A stretch of DNA of 64,000 nucleotides from Microcystaceae cyanobacterium (GCA_041746575.1 JBGTGT010000098.1:64001-128000), one strand, 5' to 3'; shown: positions 39,563 to 48,165, counted from the first letter of the stretch. Translations and numbers: made by a program. The notes: generated by a model from the letters alone, not told the origin.

Positions 39563-40255
39563 CTAACATATATAATTGTTTGTGCTTGCACAGAATATCG
39601 TGTCCATTAGAGAATCATCCCCAATAATTCCGCAACCAGAAACTTCTACACTATATGTTAAGCTTGATAAGGACTGAAGATAAATAGATAAACTAGGGAT
39701 AAAAGGATTAGGTAAAATCACAAATATTTTATCAGTTTTTTCTTCAAAAATCTTGATAAAAATATTTTGCGAAAGTTCAAGAGTTAGATAAGCTTTTATT
39801 GTTTTTAGTGGCTCTCGAATTAGCCGATCTTTTAAATCTCTATTTCTCCAACAATTAGTAATTAATTGTATAGCATGGTTACTATCTACTACAGTATTTC
39901 GTTGCTGATCCAAAACCCAGCGAGCAACATCCTCATAAGTCATCCCTAAAGCGGCTTGTAATTGCTCTTCAGACATTCCCTCATAAGGATTACAAGGTAA
40001 CACCATATAAATCGTATCTTCTGTTTCCTCAAGTACCTGAATCTCAAGGTCTTCTGGTAATTTTTGGTCTAATTCTTGTTCAATTACTGCTTTAGGATTT
40101 GCTAATAACTCCTGTTTAAAGTCTTCATCTTTTAAAGCACGAGTAATCAGATGAATTTCTAAATCTTTGCGAGTTTGTAAAGCTAACTGAGAATTTGGTT
40201 TAAACTGAAAAGACCATAGGGGTAAGTTGGGGTTCATGCTTTCATGAGTATTCAT
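39563..40255 (-). CDS. NHLP (nitrile-hydratase-like leader) RiPP precursor with two leader domains
   Basis: RKDLEIHLITRALKDEDFKQELLANPK...VLEETEDTIYMVLP, then a second copy LITNCWRNRDLKDRLIREP...FEEKTDKIFVILP; Ser/Thr/Cys C-terminal tail; Shine-Dalgarno AGGAG. Confidence 0.88.
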   Translation of the reverse strand: MNTHESMNPNLPLWSFQFKPNSQLALQTRKDLEIHLITRALKDEDFKQELLANPKAVIEQELDQKLPEDLEIQVLEETEDTIYMVLPCNPYEGMSEEQLQAALGMTYEDVARWVLDQQRNTVVDSNHAIQLITNCWRNRDLKDRLIREPLKTIKAYLTLELSQNIFIKIFEEKTDKIFVILPNPFIPSLSIYLQSLSSLTYSVEVSGCGIIGDDSLMDTIFCASTNNYIC

Positions 40256-40273
40256 GGTAAAATCTCCTAAAAT

Positions 40274-40657
40274 TTAGTGAAGTTGTTTGCGTTTTTTGAG
40301 AATTTTATTTCCGGCGAAAATAGAGCCAATTACCATTAAGCCAAAGATAGAAGAAGGTTCAGGAATACAAATTGTCTTATCGTCTTGTATATCATCTGAT
40401 GTGAAATCAGTAACCCCTAAGATTTTCAGAGGTTTGCCATTTTGTCCTCGACAATAATAGACTTTATCGCCATCTCCGATATCTTCTTCCTCAAATGCTC
40501 CTCTTTGAGCAAAACAAGTGAACGCAAATTCTTCAAGTGTAAAGCCCTGAGTTGCATAGGCCAATGGATGACTAAATACCAGCATTGCTATTGTAGATAA
40601 GAGAAAGAATCGATAATTATTGCGAATATGACGAATGACTAACATAATAAAAACCAT
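40274..40657 (-). CDS. Small PEP-CTERM protein
   Basis: Signal peptide ending AYA; IPEPSS, then TM helix and KKRKQLH tail; exact start uncertain. Confidence 0.85.
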   Translation of the reverse strand: MVFIMLVIRHIRNNYRFFLLSTIAMLVFSHPLAYATQGFTLEEFAFTCFAQRGAFEEEDIGDGDKVYYCRGQNGKPLKILGVTDFTSDDIQDDKTICIPEPSSIFGLMVIGSIFAGNKILKKRKQLH

Positions 40658-41115
40658 CCCTTTTTTTGCTCACCGTCAATCGCTGATAAAGGAACTCGAA
40701 TATATCGAGCCATATTCCCTGCACCACCGATAATGACTTTCCCTTCGTATTCTACCCACGCATGGGCTGACATTTTCCCTTTTGGATGTCGGGTAAACCC
40801 AATACAAAGGTCAGGTGAATAACCCCGTTCTTCTAATAGCAATTGAGTCGCTAATGCACGTGCTAAACATCTAATTTTTCGTACATAGTGACTCGCAGTT
40901 CTCACTGTCCATAACACCCTATCTATCTCCACAGAAGCTTGCTCTGCATCGTATAATTTAGGGTTAGACGGAAAGACTTTCGCTAAAAGAAAACGTAACC
41001 TTTGAAAAGGTAAAAACTTCAGTCCGACTCGAATACTTCCTAGTAAAATAAACGCCTTAATCAGCAACAATTTTTCCGAGAAAGTGAGTTGTAGAAACTT
41101 AAGTAGCCTTTTCAT
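40639..41115 (-). CDS. Lasso peptide biosynthesis B2-type protease (transglutaminase-like)
   Basis: LKFLPFQRL, CLARALA (catalytic Cys), IGF, AHAWVE..GKVIIG; ATG at 41115 or TTG at 41121. Confidence 0.9.
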   Translation of the reverse strand: MKRLLKFLQLTFSEKLLLIKAFILLGSIRVGLKFLPFQRLRFLLAKVFPSNPKLYDAEQASVEIDRVLWTVRTASHYVRKIRCLARALATQLLLEERGYSPDLCIGFTRHPKGKMSAHAWVEYEGKVIIGGAGNMARYIRVPLSAIDGEQKKGWFLLC

Positions 41116-41337
41116 GTTCAATGAGTCTTGGTGAATCGCTTCTACTTATTACTCGGAAACAGTCACTGACTTTGTGACGCCTTCCGTTAAAGTTGTTACA
41201 AAACTCAACAATTTATAGCCGACAGAATAACAAAACAACCCCTGCAAAAGACGTTGCTAAGTAGGGGAGGAACAAGCAATCATTAAAAATCAAAGAAAAT
41301 ACCGTCTTTTGCCACTGATGAAGTATTTGATTGATGG

Positions 41338-41397
41338 TAGGGGTGCAAGGTTTGCGCCCAAAGTGCAAGGTTTGCGCCCAAAATGCAAGGTTTACGC
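41338..41397 (+). repeat. Three tandem 20-bp REP-like repeats
   Basis: gggtgcaaggtttgcgccca / aagtgcaaggtttgcgccca / aaatgcaaggtttacgc, preceded by gtag. Confidence 0.85.
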
Positions 41398-42221
41398 TAA
41401 TTATTAATGATTGTATTTAAGCTTTTTAAAAGAGTTTCGAGGGGAATTGCCCAACTATATTGACTCATCTCTTGTTTTTCCGTTAAGGATGCCCGTGTTC
41501 CGTCTGTAAACACATAAGGATTCCCCCACAGCGGATATTTATGAATGCCGTTAATGCCAATAATTTCGCCAAATTGATTAAATAGCGCACCACCGCTCAT
41601 GCCTTTTCGTACCGTACTCGTATAGCCAATTTGATAACCTCCCGCAAAGGGTTTAGGACTCCATTGACTGATAATTCCCGGATTGAGGACGAATTGCCCC
41701 CTAGAATCTCCATCATCCTCTACGGGAAACCCTGCCGCAAATACCGGTTCACCCCTTTGTGGTTGACTTGAAACGAATAAAGACGCAACCGAATAGGAGA
41801 GAGGACTGGTAAAAGTGACTAGGGCTAAATCTTGATCTCGAAAATTAACGTTTTTTAGGACATTTGCCGGATGAACTTGACCGTCGGGGGTGACGATTCG
41901 ATAATTTTGTTGAGGTTCACCATAAATCATAACATGACGATTTGTTACGACCATATAACGGTTACCCCTTTGTTGAATAATAATCCCTGATCCCCACGTT
42001 TGGCCGGATAAGACTTTGACAGTTACCCTTCTGGCGGTTTGATAAATCTCATTCTGCTCAAATATAGGGGGGAATCGTGGGGAGGGAGAGGTTAAAGAAC
42101 GGGATGGAAACGGTTCATCCATTGGCGTATCGCTAAAATCAAGGGGTTCTTCAATCGCACACCCCGGATTGAAAGATAAAAACGACCAACCCATGAGGAA
42201 TAAAACCTTTTGCCATTTCAT
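41397..42221 (-). CDS. Trypsin-like (S1C/Trypsin_2) secreted serine protease
   Basis: Signal peptide; GSG, VTNRHV, DLA, GFP, GMSGG, IGING. Confidence 0.92.
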   Translation of the reverse strand: MKWQKVLFLMGWSFLSFNPGCAIEEPLDFSDTPMDEPFPSRSLTSPSPRFPPIFEQNEIYQTARRVTVKVLSGQTWGSGIIIQQRGNRYMVVTNRHVMIYGEPQQNYRIVTPDGQVHPANVLKNVNFRDQDLALVTFTSPLSYSVASLFVSSQPQRGEPVFAAGFPVEDDGDSRGQFVLNPGIISQWSPKPFAGGYQIGYTSTVRKGMSGGALFNQFGEIIGINGIHKYPLWGNPYVFTDGTRASLTEKQEMSQYSWAIPLETLLKSLNTIINN

Positions 42222-42339
42222 TTGTCCTTTTTCTCCCCATACCCGTAAATTAACTGAACCAGCCGTTAGCTTTCTTTCCTTGATCTGAAGGTAGGGAATA
42301 AGGACTGAAACCTTCTCCCTAACTTAATAATACGGCCGC

Positions 42340-42981
42340 TTACCAACGAGGTACTTGCGGGGAGTCTGTAGGAGGATTCTGGGGATTAAAGATGCCAGAA
42401 GGACGATTTTCAGGTTGGGTAGGTTGAACGGCTTCAGGGGTAGAATTTTGCAGATATTCTTTCAAGTTTAGGGTCATTGTGCCATTAGCATTTCGGGATA
42501 AGGCACGACTCGGAGTGGCAGGAGATGAGGTACTTGGACTGAGTTGAAAAGAAGGACCTCCAGCACCTGAGCGATTATTTTCGATCTCTTGCAGAACTTG
42601 GTTCGGATTTTGACCGGGTTTGAGGGTAATTAAGACATTATCCTGACTACAGCTTTGGCCGGCACAAATCACCGGTTGACGATTAACTACGCCACTGGTG
42701 AGATAATCTAAGCGTCCAGCAGAATAAAAACGATTCATGCGATCGGATACTTCAGAACAACGGCGAGCAGGGGTATAAGGCGGACGAAAAAAATTAGAAG
42801 TCCATTTGAAGACGGGAATATTACCGTCGGGAGTTTGAGCGTAGGTAGTAGGAGTGTTACTACTATCGCCATTGCAGATAAAGCTGATCGATTGCGCTTG
42901 AGCAGGACGTAGAGGATTCAAAGAGCCTAAAACGATTAGGGTTAAGACCGATAGAGACAATTTCATAGACATAAAAATCAC
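42340..42981 (-). CDS. COP23 domain secreted protein
   Basis: AQA signal; FIC...PTT...W.S.FF...YTPARRCSEVSDR...G.VNRQPVIC...LITL. Confidence 0.88.
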   Translation of the reverse strand: MIFMSMKLSLSVLTLIVLGSLNPLRPAQAQSISFICNGDSSNTPTTYAQTPDGNIPVFKWTSNFFRPPYTPARRCSEVSDRMNRFYSAGRLDYLTSGVVNRQPVICAGQSCSQDNVLITLKPGQNPNQVLQEIENNRSGAGGPSFQLSPSTSSPATPSRALSRNANGTMTLNLKEYLQNSTPEAVQPTQPENRPSGIFNPQNPPTDSPQVPRW

Positions 42982-43200
42982 TTCTCCTTAAAGTAGTTAA
43001 AGTAAAATGACGCAGGATAGACTTGCACTGATCCCAGTCTAGTAGAACAGAAAGATGAATTAATTTGATGGTAAAGTACTTGTTTCGTTTTTGAGTCTCT
43101 CTAGGGTTCACTTTAGGAACTGTCAAGCTATCCGAGTCTAAGGGATTGAGGTTTTTTCTCCCTTATGGCATAAGAGAGGGTTTATTCCTTCAGTCCCATT

Positions 43201-45180
43201 TTATCCCCATTCTTCAGGGAAAGCAGGAATTGAATCAATAAGTTTATTGGTATAAGCACTGTTTTGATTTCGCTCATTAATAATTTTGTAGGCGGGTTTT
43301 ACTTCAGGATTTTCGACCGCTTTTCCGTCTTTCATCACTAAAATGCGATCGCTCATAAATCTGACGACACTTAAATCATGGGAAATAAAAATATACGTTA
43401 AGTTTTCTTCTTTTTGCAGTTGTTTTAATAAGTTCAATACTTCTGCTTGAATCGAAACATCTAGAGCAGAAACGGATTCATCACAGATAATTAAACTGGG
43501 TCTTAAGGCTAAAGCGCGTGCAATACAAACCCGTTGTCTTTGTCCCCCCGATAATTCGTGGGGATAACGATTAAAAAAGGACGCATCTAACCCCACTTTA
43601 TTGAGTAAATCTTTTGCTTCTGTCTCTCTATTTTTTATGAATTTACGATGAATAATCATGGGTTCTATGAGGGTTGCTCCAATCGTAATCCTCGGATTCA
43701 AAGAATTATAAGGATTTTGAAATATAATTTGAATTTTGCGCCGTAAATCTCGTAATCTTTTATCTCTTAAACTTAACTGAGATAAATGAATATAATTGCC
43801 GACTTCTTGATCGTAAAAGTTGATTAATCCTTCTGAAGGAATTAAGCGTAAAATCGCACGCGCTAAGGTCGATTTACCACAACCTGATTCTCCAACTAAG
43901 CCTAAGGTTTCTCCTTGATAAACATCAAAACTAATGTTATTTACTGCTTTTTTGAGAGTTTTCTGCTTGAGAAATCCTGATTTTTGGTAGATAACCGAAA
44001 GCTGAGCAACTTTCAAAATAATTTGACTATTTTGGGACGCTACTAAGCGGTGAATTCGGCTCATTTCTTCGGGAAGAGAAATCACTTTATATTGCTGGAG
44101 ATCGTTGGCTTTACTGGTAATGTTAACAATATTATTTTTCTCATCTCTGGTGACTTCCATAAAATCGGAAACAATGGGTAATTTATCCAGCTTAATCTTT
44201 AATCGAGGACGACAGGCTAATAATCCTTTTGTATAGGGATCTTGAGGGGGAGTTGCAAAAATCCCTTGATGATTATCGCTATTCATTTGCTTAAATTCTC
44301 GTTCTTCTCCTTGATACATAACTAAGACAGAATCGGCAATTTGATTAATTACTCCTAAGTCGTGAGAAATAAAAATCATTGCCATATCTCGGTGGGTTTT
44401 ACAAAGCTTTTTAAGTAAGTCAAGAATTTCGTTTTGTGTAGTAACATCTAAAGCAGTGGTGGGTTCGTCGGCAATTAGAATACTGGGATCACAAGAGATA
44501 GCCATGGCAATCATAACCCGTTGTAATTGTCCACCTGAAAGTTCGTGGGGGAATTTATTGAGTAATTTATCTTCCTGTTCTTTTTGATATGTTTTAAAGG
44601 AAATTTTAGGTTTTATGGGAGAGGTGTATTCTTGTTGATACTCGATTTCTAGTTTTTCTAGACTGGGAAACAAAGTCACTTCTCTGAGGCAATTGATCGC
44701 TTGCACTTTGGCTTGTTCTAGGGTAACATTTTGATGTAATTTAACGGCTTCTATTAACTGAAAACCAATCGTATAAACGGGGTTGAATGCACTCATGGGT
44801 TCTTGAAAAATCATGGCAATTTTTCCCCCTCGATAGCGTATTTTTTGTCGTTCTCTTAAGGTTAACAGATCGACGAACTGGGACATTTCTCGGTATTTTT
44901 TGTCTATCTCTAGTCTTTGTAATTCTTCTCTGGTAAAATGACAATTAATTGTACCATTTGTAATTTGACCGACGGCGGGAATTAATCCCATAATGCCTAA
45001 GGCAGTAATCGATTTTCCGGAGCCAGATTCCCCAACAATTCCTAATATTTCTCCCCTTCTGAGGATAAAATTAAGTCCTTTAACGACAGGTTTGAGGGTA
45101 TTTTGTTCTTCGTGGGGAAAAGCGATCGCAAGGTTTTCAACTTGGAGAATCACGTCTGCTTCAGCCAAAAAATCGTTCAT
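43201..45180 (-). CDS. Peptide/nickel ABC transporter ATP-binding protein with two NBDs
   Basis: GESGSGKS and GESGCGKS, two PHELSGGQ, DEPTTALD and DESVSALD. Confidence 0.93.
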   Translation of the reverse strand: MNDFLAEADVILQVENLAIAFPHEEQNTLKPVVKGLNFILRRGEILGIVGESGSGKSITALGIMGLIPAVGQITNGTINCHFTREELQRLEIDKKYREMSQFVDLLTLRERQKIRYRGGKIAMIFQEPMSAFNPVYTIGFQLIEAVKLHQNVTLEQAKVQAINCLREVTLFPSLEKLEIEYQQEYTSPIKPKISFKTYQKEQEDKLLNKFPHELSGGQLQRVMIAMAISCDPSILIADEPTTALDVTTQNEILDLLKKLCKTHRDMAMIFISHDLGVINQIADSVLVMYQGEEREFKQMNSDNHQGIFATPPQDPYTKGLLACRPRLKIKLDKLPIVSDFMEVTRDEKNNIVNITSKANDLQQYKVISLPEEMSRIHRLVASQNSQIILKVAQLSVIYQKSGFLKQKTLKKAVNNISFDVYQGETLGLVGESGCGKSTLARAILRLIPSEGLINFYDQEVGNYIHLSQLSLRDKRLRDLRRKIQIIFQNPYNSLNPRITIGATLIEPMIIHRKFIKNRETEAKDLLNKVGLDASFFNRYPHELSGGQRQRVCIARALALRPSLIICDESVSALDVSIQAEVLNLLKQLQKEENLTYIFISHDLSVVRFMSDRILVMKDGKAVENPEVKPAYKIINERNQNSAYTNKLIDSIPAFPEEWG

Positions 45181-45228
45181 AGGGGAAATTGAGGGATTAA
45201 TCTTGATTTTTTAGTATAACTTCTGTTT

Positions 45229-45724
45229 ACGTTAATTGAAAAAAGATCGGTCAATTAAAGTAGCGATCGCTCGTCTAACAAATGTGGATTCAGGCGTTCT
45301 GATTAAGTACTTAAGGTCAAAAAATAAAGCTTTATGCCAGTATTTTTTCTGCCTTTTGATGGTTTAATCTGCTTTATATCTAAAGACGATAGGCTACAGC
45401 GACGAATTGAGTCCGAAAGGCATTATAAAGACTTGCTGGGTTATTTTCATAAATTTGGAGATCTATCCTTGTATTTTTGACTTTTTCTCCATTTATAGTT
45501 AAAAAGGTGTCACTGAGGTTATCAAGTATCATTAAGCTGGCTATTTTGTCGGTATCTGCAGGATCAAGTGTTCTCAGCCTTGAGGGAGTACCGATGGTCT
45601 GGCGATCGCTTTTATTGATTGTTTGCTCGGGATTAAAAGTGCTTTGAAACGGAACGTAACTGAATAACCCAAGGCAAATTATACTCAAAAAAATTACCCT
45701 TATCCGTCGTTGTCTAAGCCTCAT
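45229..45724 (-). pseudogene. Decayed ABC peptide substrate-binding protein (family 5)
   Basis: RTLDPAD N-terminal motif fused directly to mid-protein IDLQIY..NPASLYNAFRT, then stop; FVRRAIATLIDRS remnant further on at ~45240-45282. Confidence 0.7.
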
Positions 45725-45885
45725 CTTATTTTCTCAAGTTGGATTGATTATTTCTTCTATTTTAAGGGGTATATTTAAAGCAACATCCTCAACAGATGAA
45801 ACTTGTGATGCTTAATTTCGTCGGAAAGACAGATGGTTCAACCGTTGATATACTAATTAGCACTAGACTTAAGGGATTCAAGGTT

Positions 45886-46797
45886 ATGGGAATTGTAATT
45901 AGTACCGTTAATATGAAAGGGGGGGTTGGCAAAACCACGTTAACCGTTAATTTAGCAACTTGTTTAACAAAATTTTATAATAAACGGGTGTTAGTTCTCG
46001 ATTTGGATGCTCAAATTAGTGCAACCCTCAGTTTAATGTCTCCTCATAATTATGCCGTCACTCGCAAAAAACGTCGGACTTTAAGTTACTTATTGGACAG
46101 TATTATTCAACCGAATCCCTATCGCAAATTAACTATTCACGATATTATTTGTAGCAACGTTTGTGAGGTTAATAATCTTGATTTATTGCCGGGCGATATT
46201 GAGTTATATGATGAATATGTAGTTTCTCAAACACTTCACGAACAATCTCTTTTGAAAGGAATGCCGAGTTTTGAAACGGTCTGGACAAACTTTGAAAAAG
46301 TTTTAGTCAAAAAAATTTTAGATCCCATTATTGAAGAATACGATTTTATTATTATGGATTGTGCGCCGGGCTATAATTTATTAACCCGTAGTGCGATCGC
46401 CGCCAGTGATGGTTATTTGCTTCCTGCGCGCCCTGAACCTTTATCAATTGTTGGAATGCAATTACTAGAAAGACGGATTGCCAAGTTAAAAGAAAGTCAT
46501 CAATCGGAACATTTAGATAATTTACAATTGTTGGGAATTGTTTTTATTCTTTCGGGTGGGGGTTTACTGAGTCGTTATTATAGCCGCGTAATGCGACGAG
46601 TTCAAGATGATTTTCCGCCGCAAAAGTTATTTAATACGACTATTCCTATGGATGTAAATGTAGCCAAAGCAGTTGATTTATTTCAACCGGTTGTTGCTGC
46701 CATGCCGAGTTCTACCGGCTCTAAAGCATTTATTAAATTAACTGAAGAATTTTTACAAAAAACGCAAAATTTACCCATTGAAAATGAGGGTGAATAA
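45886..46797 (+). CDS. ParA/Soj family ATPase
   Basis: NMKGGVGKTT, DLDAQ, DCAPG; ATG at 45886 preferred. Confidence 0.92.
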   Translation: MGIVISTVNMKGGVGKTTLTVNLATCLTKFYNKRVLVLDLDAQISATLSLMSPHNYAVTRKKRRTLSYLLDSIIQPNPYRKLTIHDIICSNVCEVNNLDLLPGDIELYDEYVVSQTLHEQSLLKGMPSFETVWTNFEKVLVKKILDPIIEEYDFIIMDCAPGYNLLTRSAIAASDGYLLPARPEPLSIVGMQLLERRIAKLKESHQSEHLDNLQLLGIVFILSGGGLLSRYYSRVMRRVQDDFPPQKLFNTTIPMDVNVAKAVDLFQPVVAAMPSSTGSKAFIKLTEEFLQKTQNLPIENEGE

Positions 46798-47116
46798 TTG
46801 ATCCTTTCTCGATTACGAAACGCAACAATTAAAAGCTAATTTAGCAATTTGGAAATCAGGATCGCTGAGGATACGTCTATCACTATAAATCCTAAAGATC
46901 CACTGTCTGTAGCCAGATTAAATTTATCAATTTATTAAGCATAAAATTGCAGAAATTAGAGATGAATCTCAGCGAAATACCTCAAAGATGACTCTATCGT
47001 TAATTTGAACTTTAGTCGATGACTTATAACAAATGGTAGAAATATCAGCGATTACCTTTACATTTTCTGATACTCACGATTATAATAAGGGCGAAACTTT
47101 AGCAAATGGATAAAAA

Positions 47117-47680
47117 ATGCGACTTTTTTCTCGTTCTTTCGGATTAGTCCTGCCAATCCTTAGTGTATTTGCCCTTACAGCTTACAATACGATGGCGCAA
47201 TCGGAGACTTTCGCCCAAGTCCCCAATCCCATTCCCACCAAAGTCCCTAATCCAGTTCCTACCCAAGTCCCCAATCCCCTCGAAAATTTAACGCCTACGC
47301 CGACTTCCTCCCCTTCGCCGATGACAGATACAGATATGTCAACTTCTGAAGATAAGGATACCACCGCCTCAGAAATTACTATCACTCCTTCATTAACCGC
47401 CGAACAAAAGGCGAAAATGCAGGTAATTGATGCTAACTATGATCCCAAGATCAAAGCCGCTTTAGAAAGCTACGAGATGAGTAAAAAAGCTTTTGACAGT
47501 TTAGTGGGTACAAATCCCCCGACAGAAGCCCTCCGTCAAAAGTACACCCAATTAGCTGATGACCGACGCCAATTATCTGATTTATTATTTGGTCAGATGA
47601 TGGATATGCGGGAGATTCTCACGGAAGAGCAAAAAGCATCTTTATCTGACGAAATTCGCCGAGTTTTAGCAGAAAAGTAA
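47117..47680 (+). CDS. Spy/CpxP family periplasmic protein with Pro/Thr-rich linker
   Basis: Signal peptide; two LTxxQ motifs (LTAEQ, LTEEQ). Confidence 0.8.
   Translation: MRLFSRSFGLVLPILSVFALTAYNTMAQSETFAQVPNPIPTKVPNPVPTQVPNPLENLTPTPTSSPSPMTDTDMSTSEDKDTTASEITITPSLTAEQKAKMQVIDANYDPKIKAALESYEMSKKAFDSLVGTNPPTEALRQKYTQLADDRRQLSDLLFGQMMDMREILTEEQKASLSDEIRRVLAEK
47216..47278 (+). repeat. 24-bp coding tandem repeat (QVPNPxPT, ~2.6 units)
   Basis: caagtccccaatcccattcccacc / aaagtccctaatccagttcctacc / caagtccccaatccc. Confidence 0.8.
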
Positions 47681-47736
47681 CTTGATGAGTAAAAGGATGG
47701 GTTTTTCTGACCTCTCCTTTTATTGGCTATTTCGCA

Positions 47737-48165
47737 TTAAGTTGTAGTGCAGTAATTGTGTCCGAACCACACCCCTAAAGTGAGAGATTCCCCTCGGTAA
47801 GCTTTGACTTTCTCTATATCCATGAGATAAACCCACGCTCGTCCGAGTGATTGATGATTTTTGGGGTTATACACCTCGATTAAAACTCGATAATACTCAT
47901 TTTCTGTGAATCTTCCCTGAGAATTATAAGTTTCTAAGATATCCATTTGAGACAAAACCGTTCTATCCTCAAAGATTAATAAGTATCCTTGTATTTTATT
48001 GTTACCCTGTGTCATCGCGGGATATCCTAAGGCTCTCAAGTGGTAAATTTCCCCCCAAGCGTAAGCTTTGATGGCTTTAATGACTTTTTCAGCACAGTAA
48101 GCCGTATAATTTGCTTCTCCCGGTTTCAATGTGCCATAAACAAAAACATTTAACGGTTGACGCAT
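47737..48165 (-). CDS. Gamma-glutamylcyclotransferase (AIG2-like) family protein
   Basis: VFVYGTLKPGEAN, GYPAM, D.LE, Y.R, AWVY; start at ATG 48165. Confidence 0.9.
   Translation of the reverse strand: MRQPLNVFVYGTLKPGEANYTAYCAEKVIKAIKAYAWGEIYHLRALGYPAMTQGNNKIQGYLLIFEDRTVLSQMDILETYNSQGRFTENEYYRVLIEVYNPKNHQSLGRAWVYLMDIEKVKAYRGESLTLGVWFGHNYCTTT

Noticed and set aside
41146..41256. Short minus-strand open frame (...LLSFVTTLTEGVTKSVTVSE*) upstream of B2 as a lasso precursor or cyclase remnant
   Set aside because: No ATG or clear Shine-Dalgarno, no YxxP-L leader motif, no recognisable cyclase similarity; cannot be supported without a search
41338..41397. Tandem 20-bp repeats as a CRISPR array
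   Set aside because: No unique spacers, unit too short, no cas genes in the window
45886..46797. ParA as evidence of a plasmid or prophage
   Set aside because: No parB, rep or integrase nearby; surrounded by chromosomal housekeeping genes and contains HIP1
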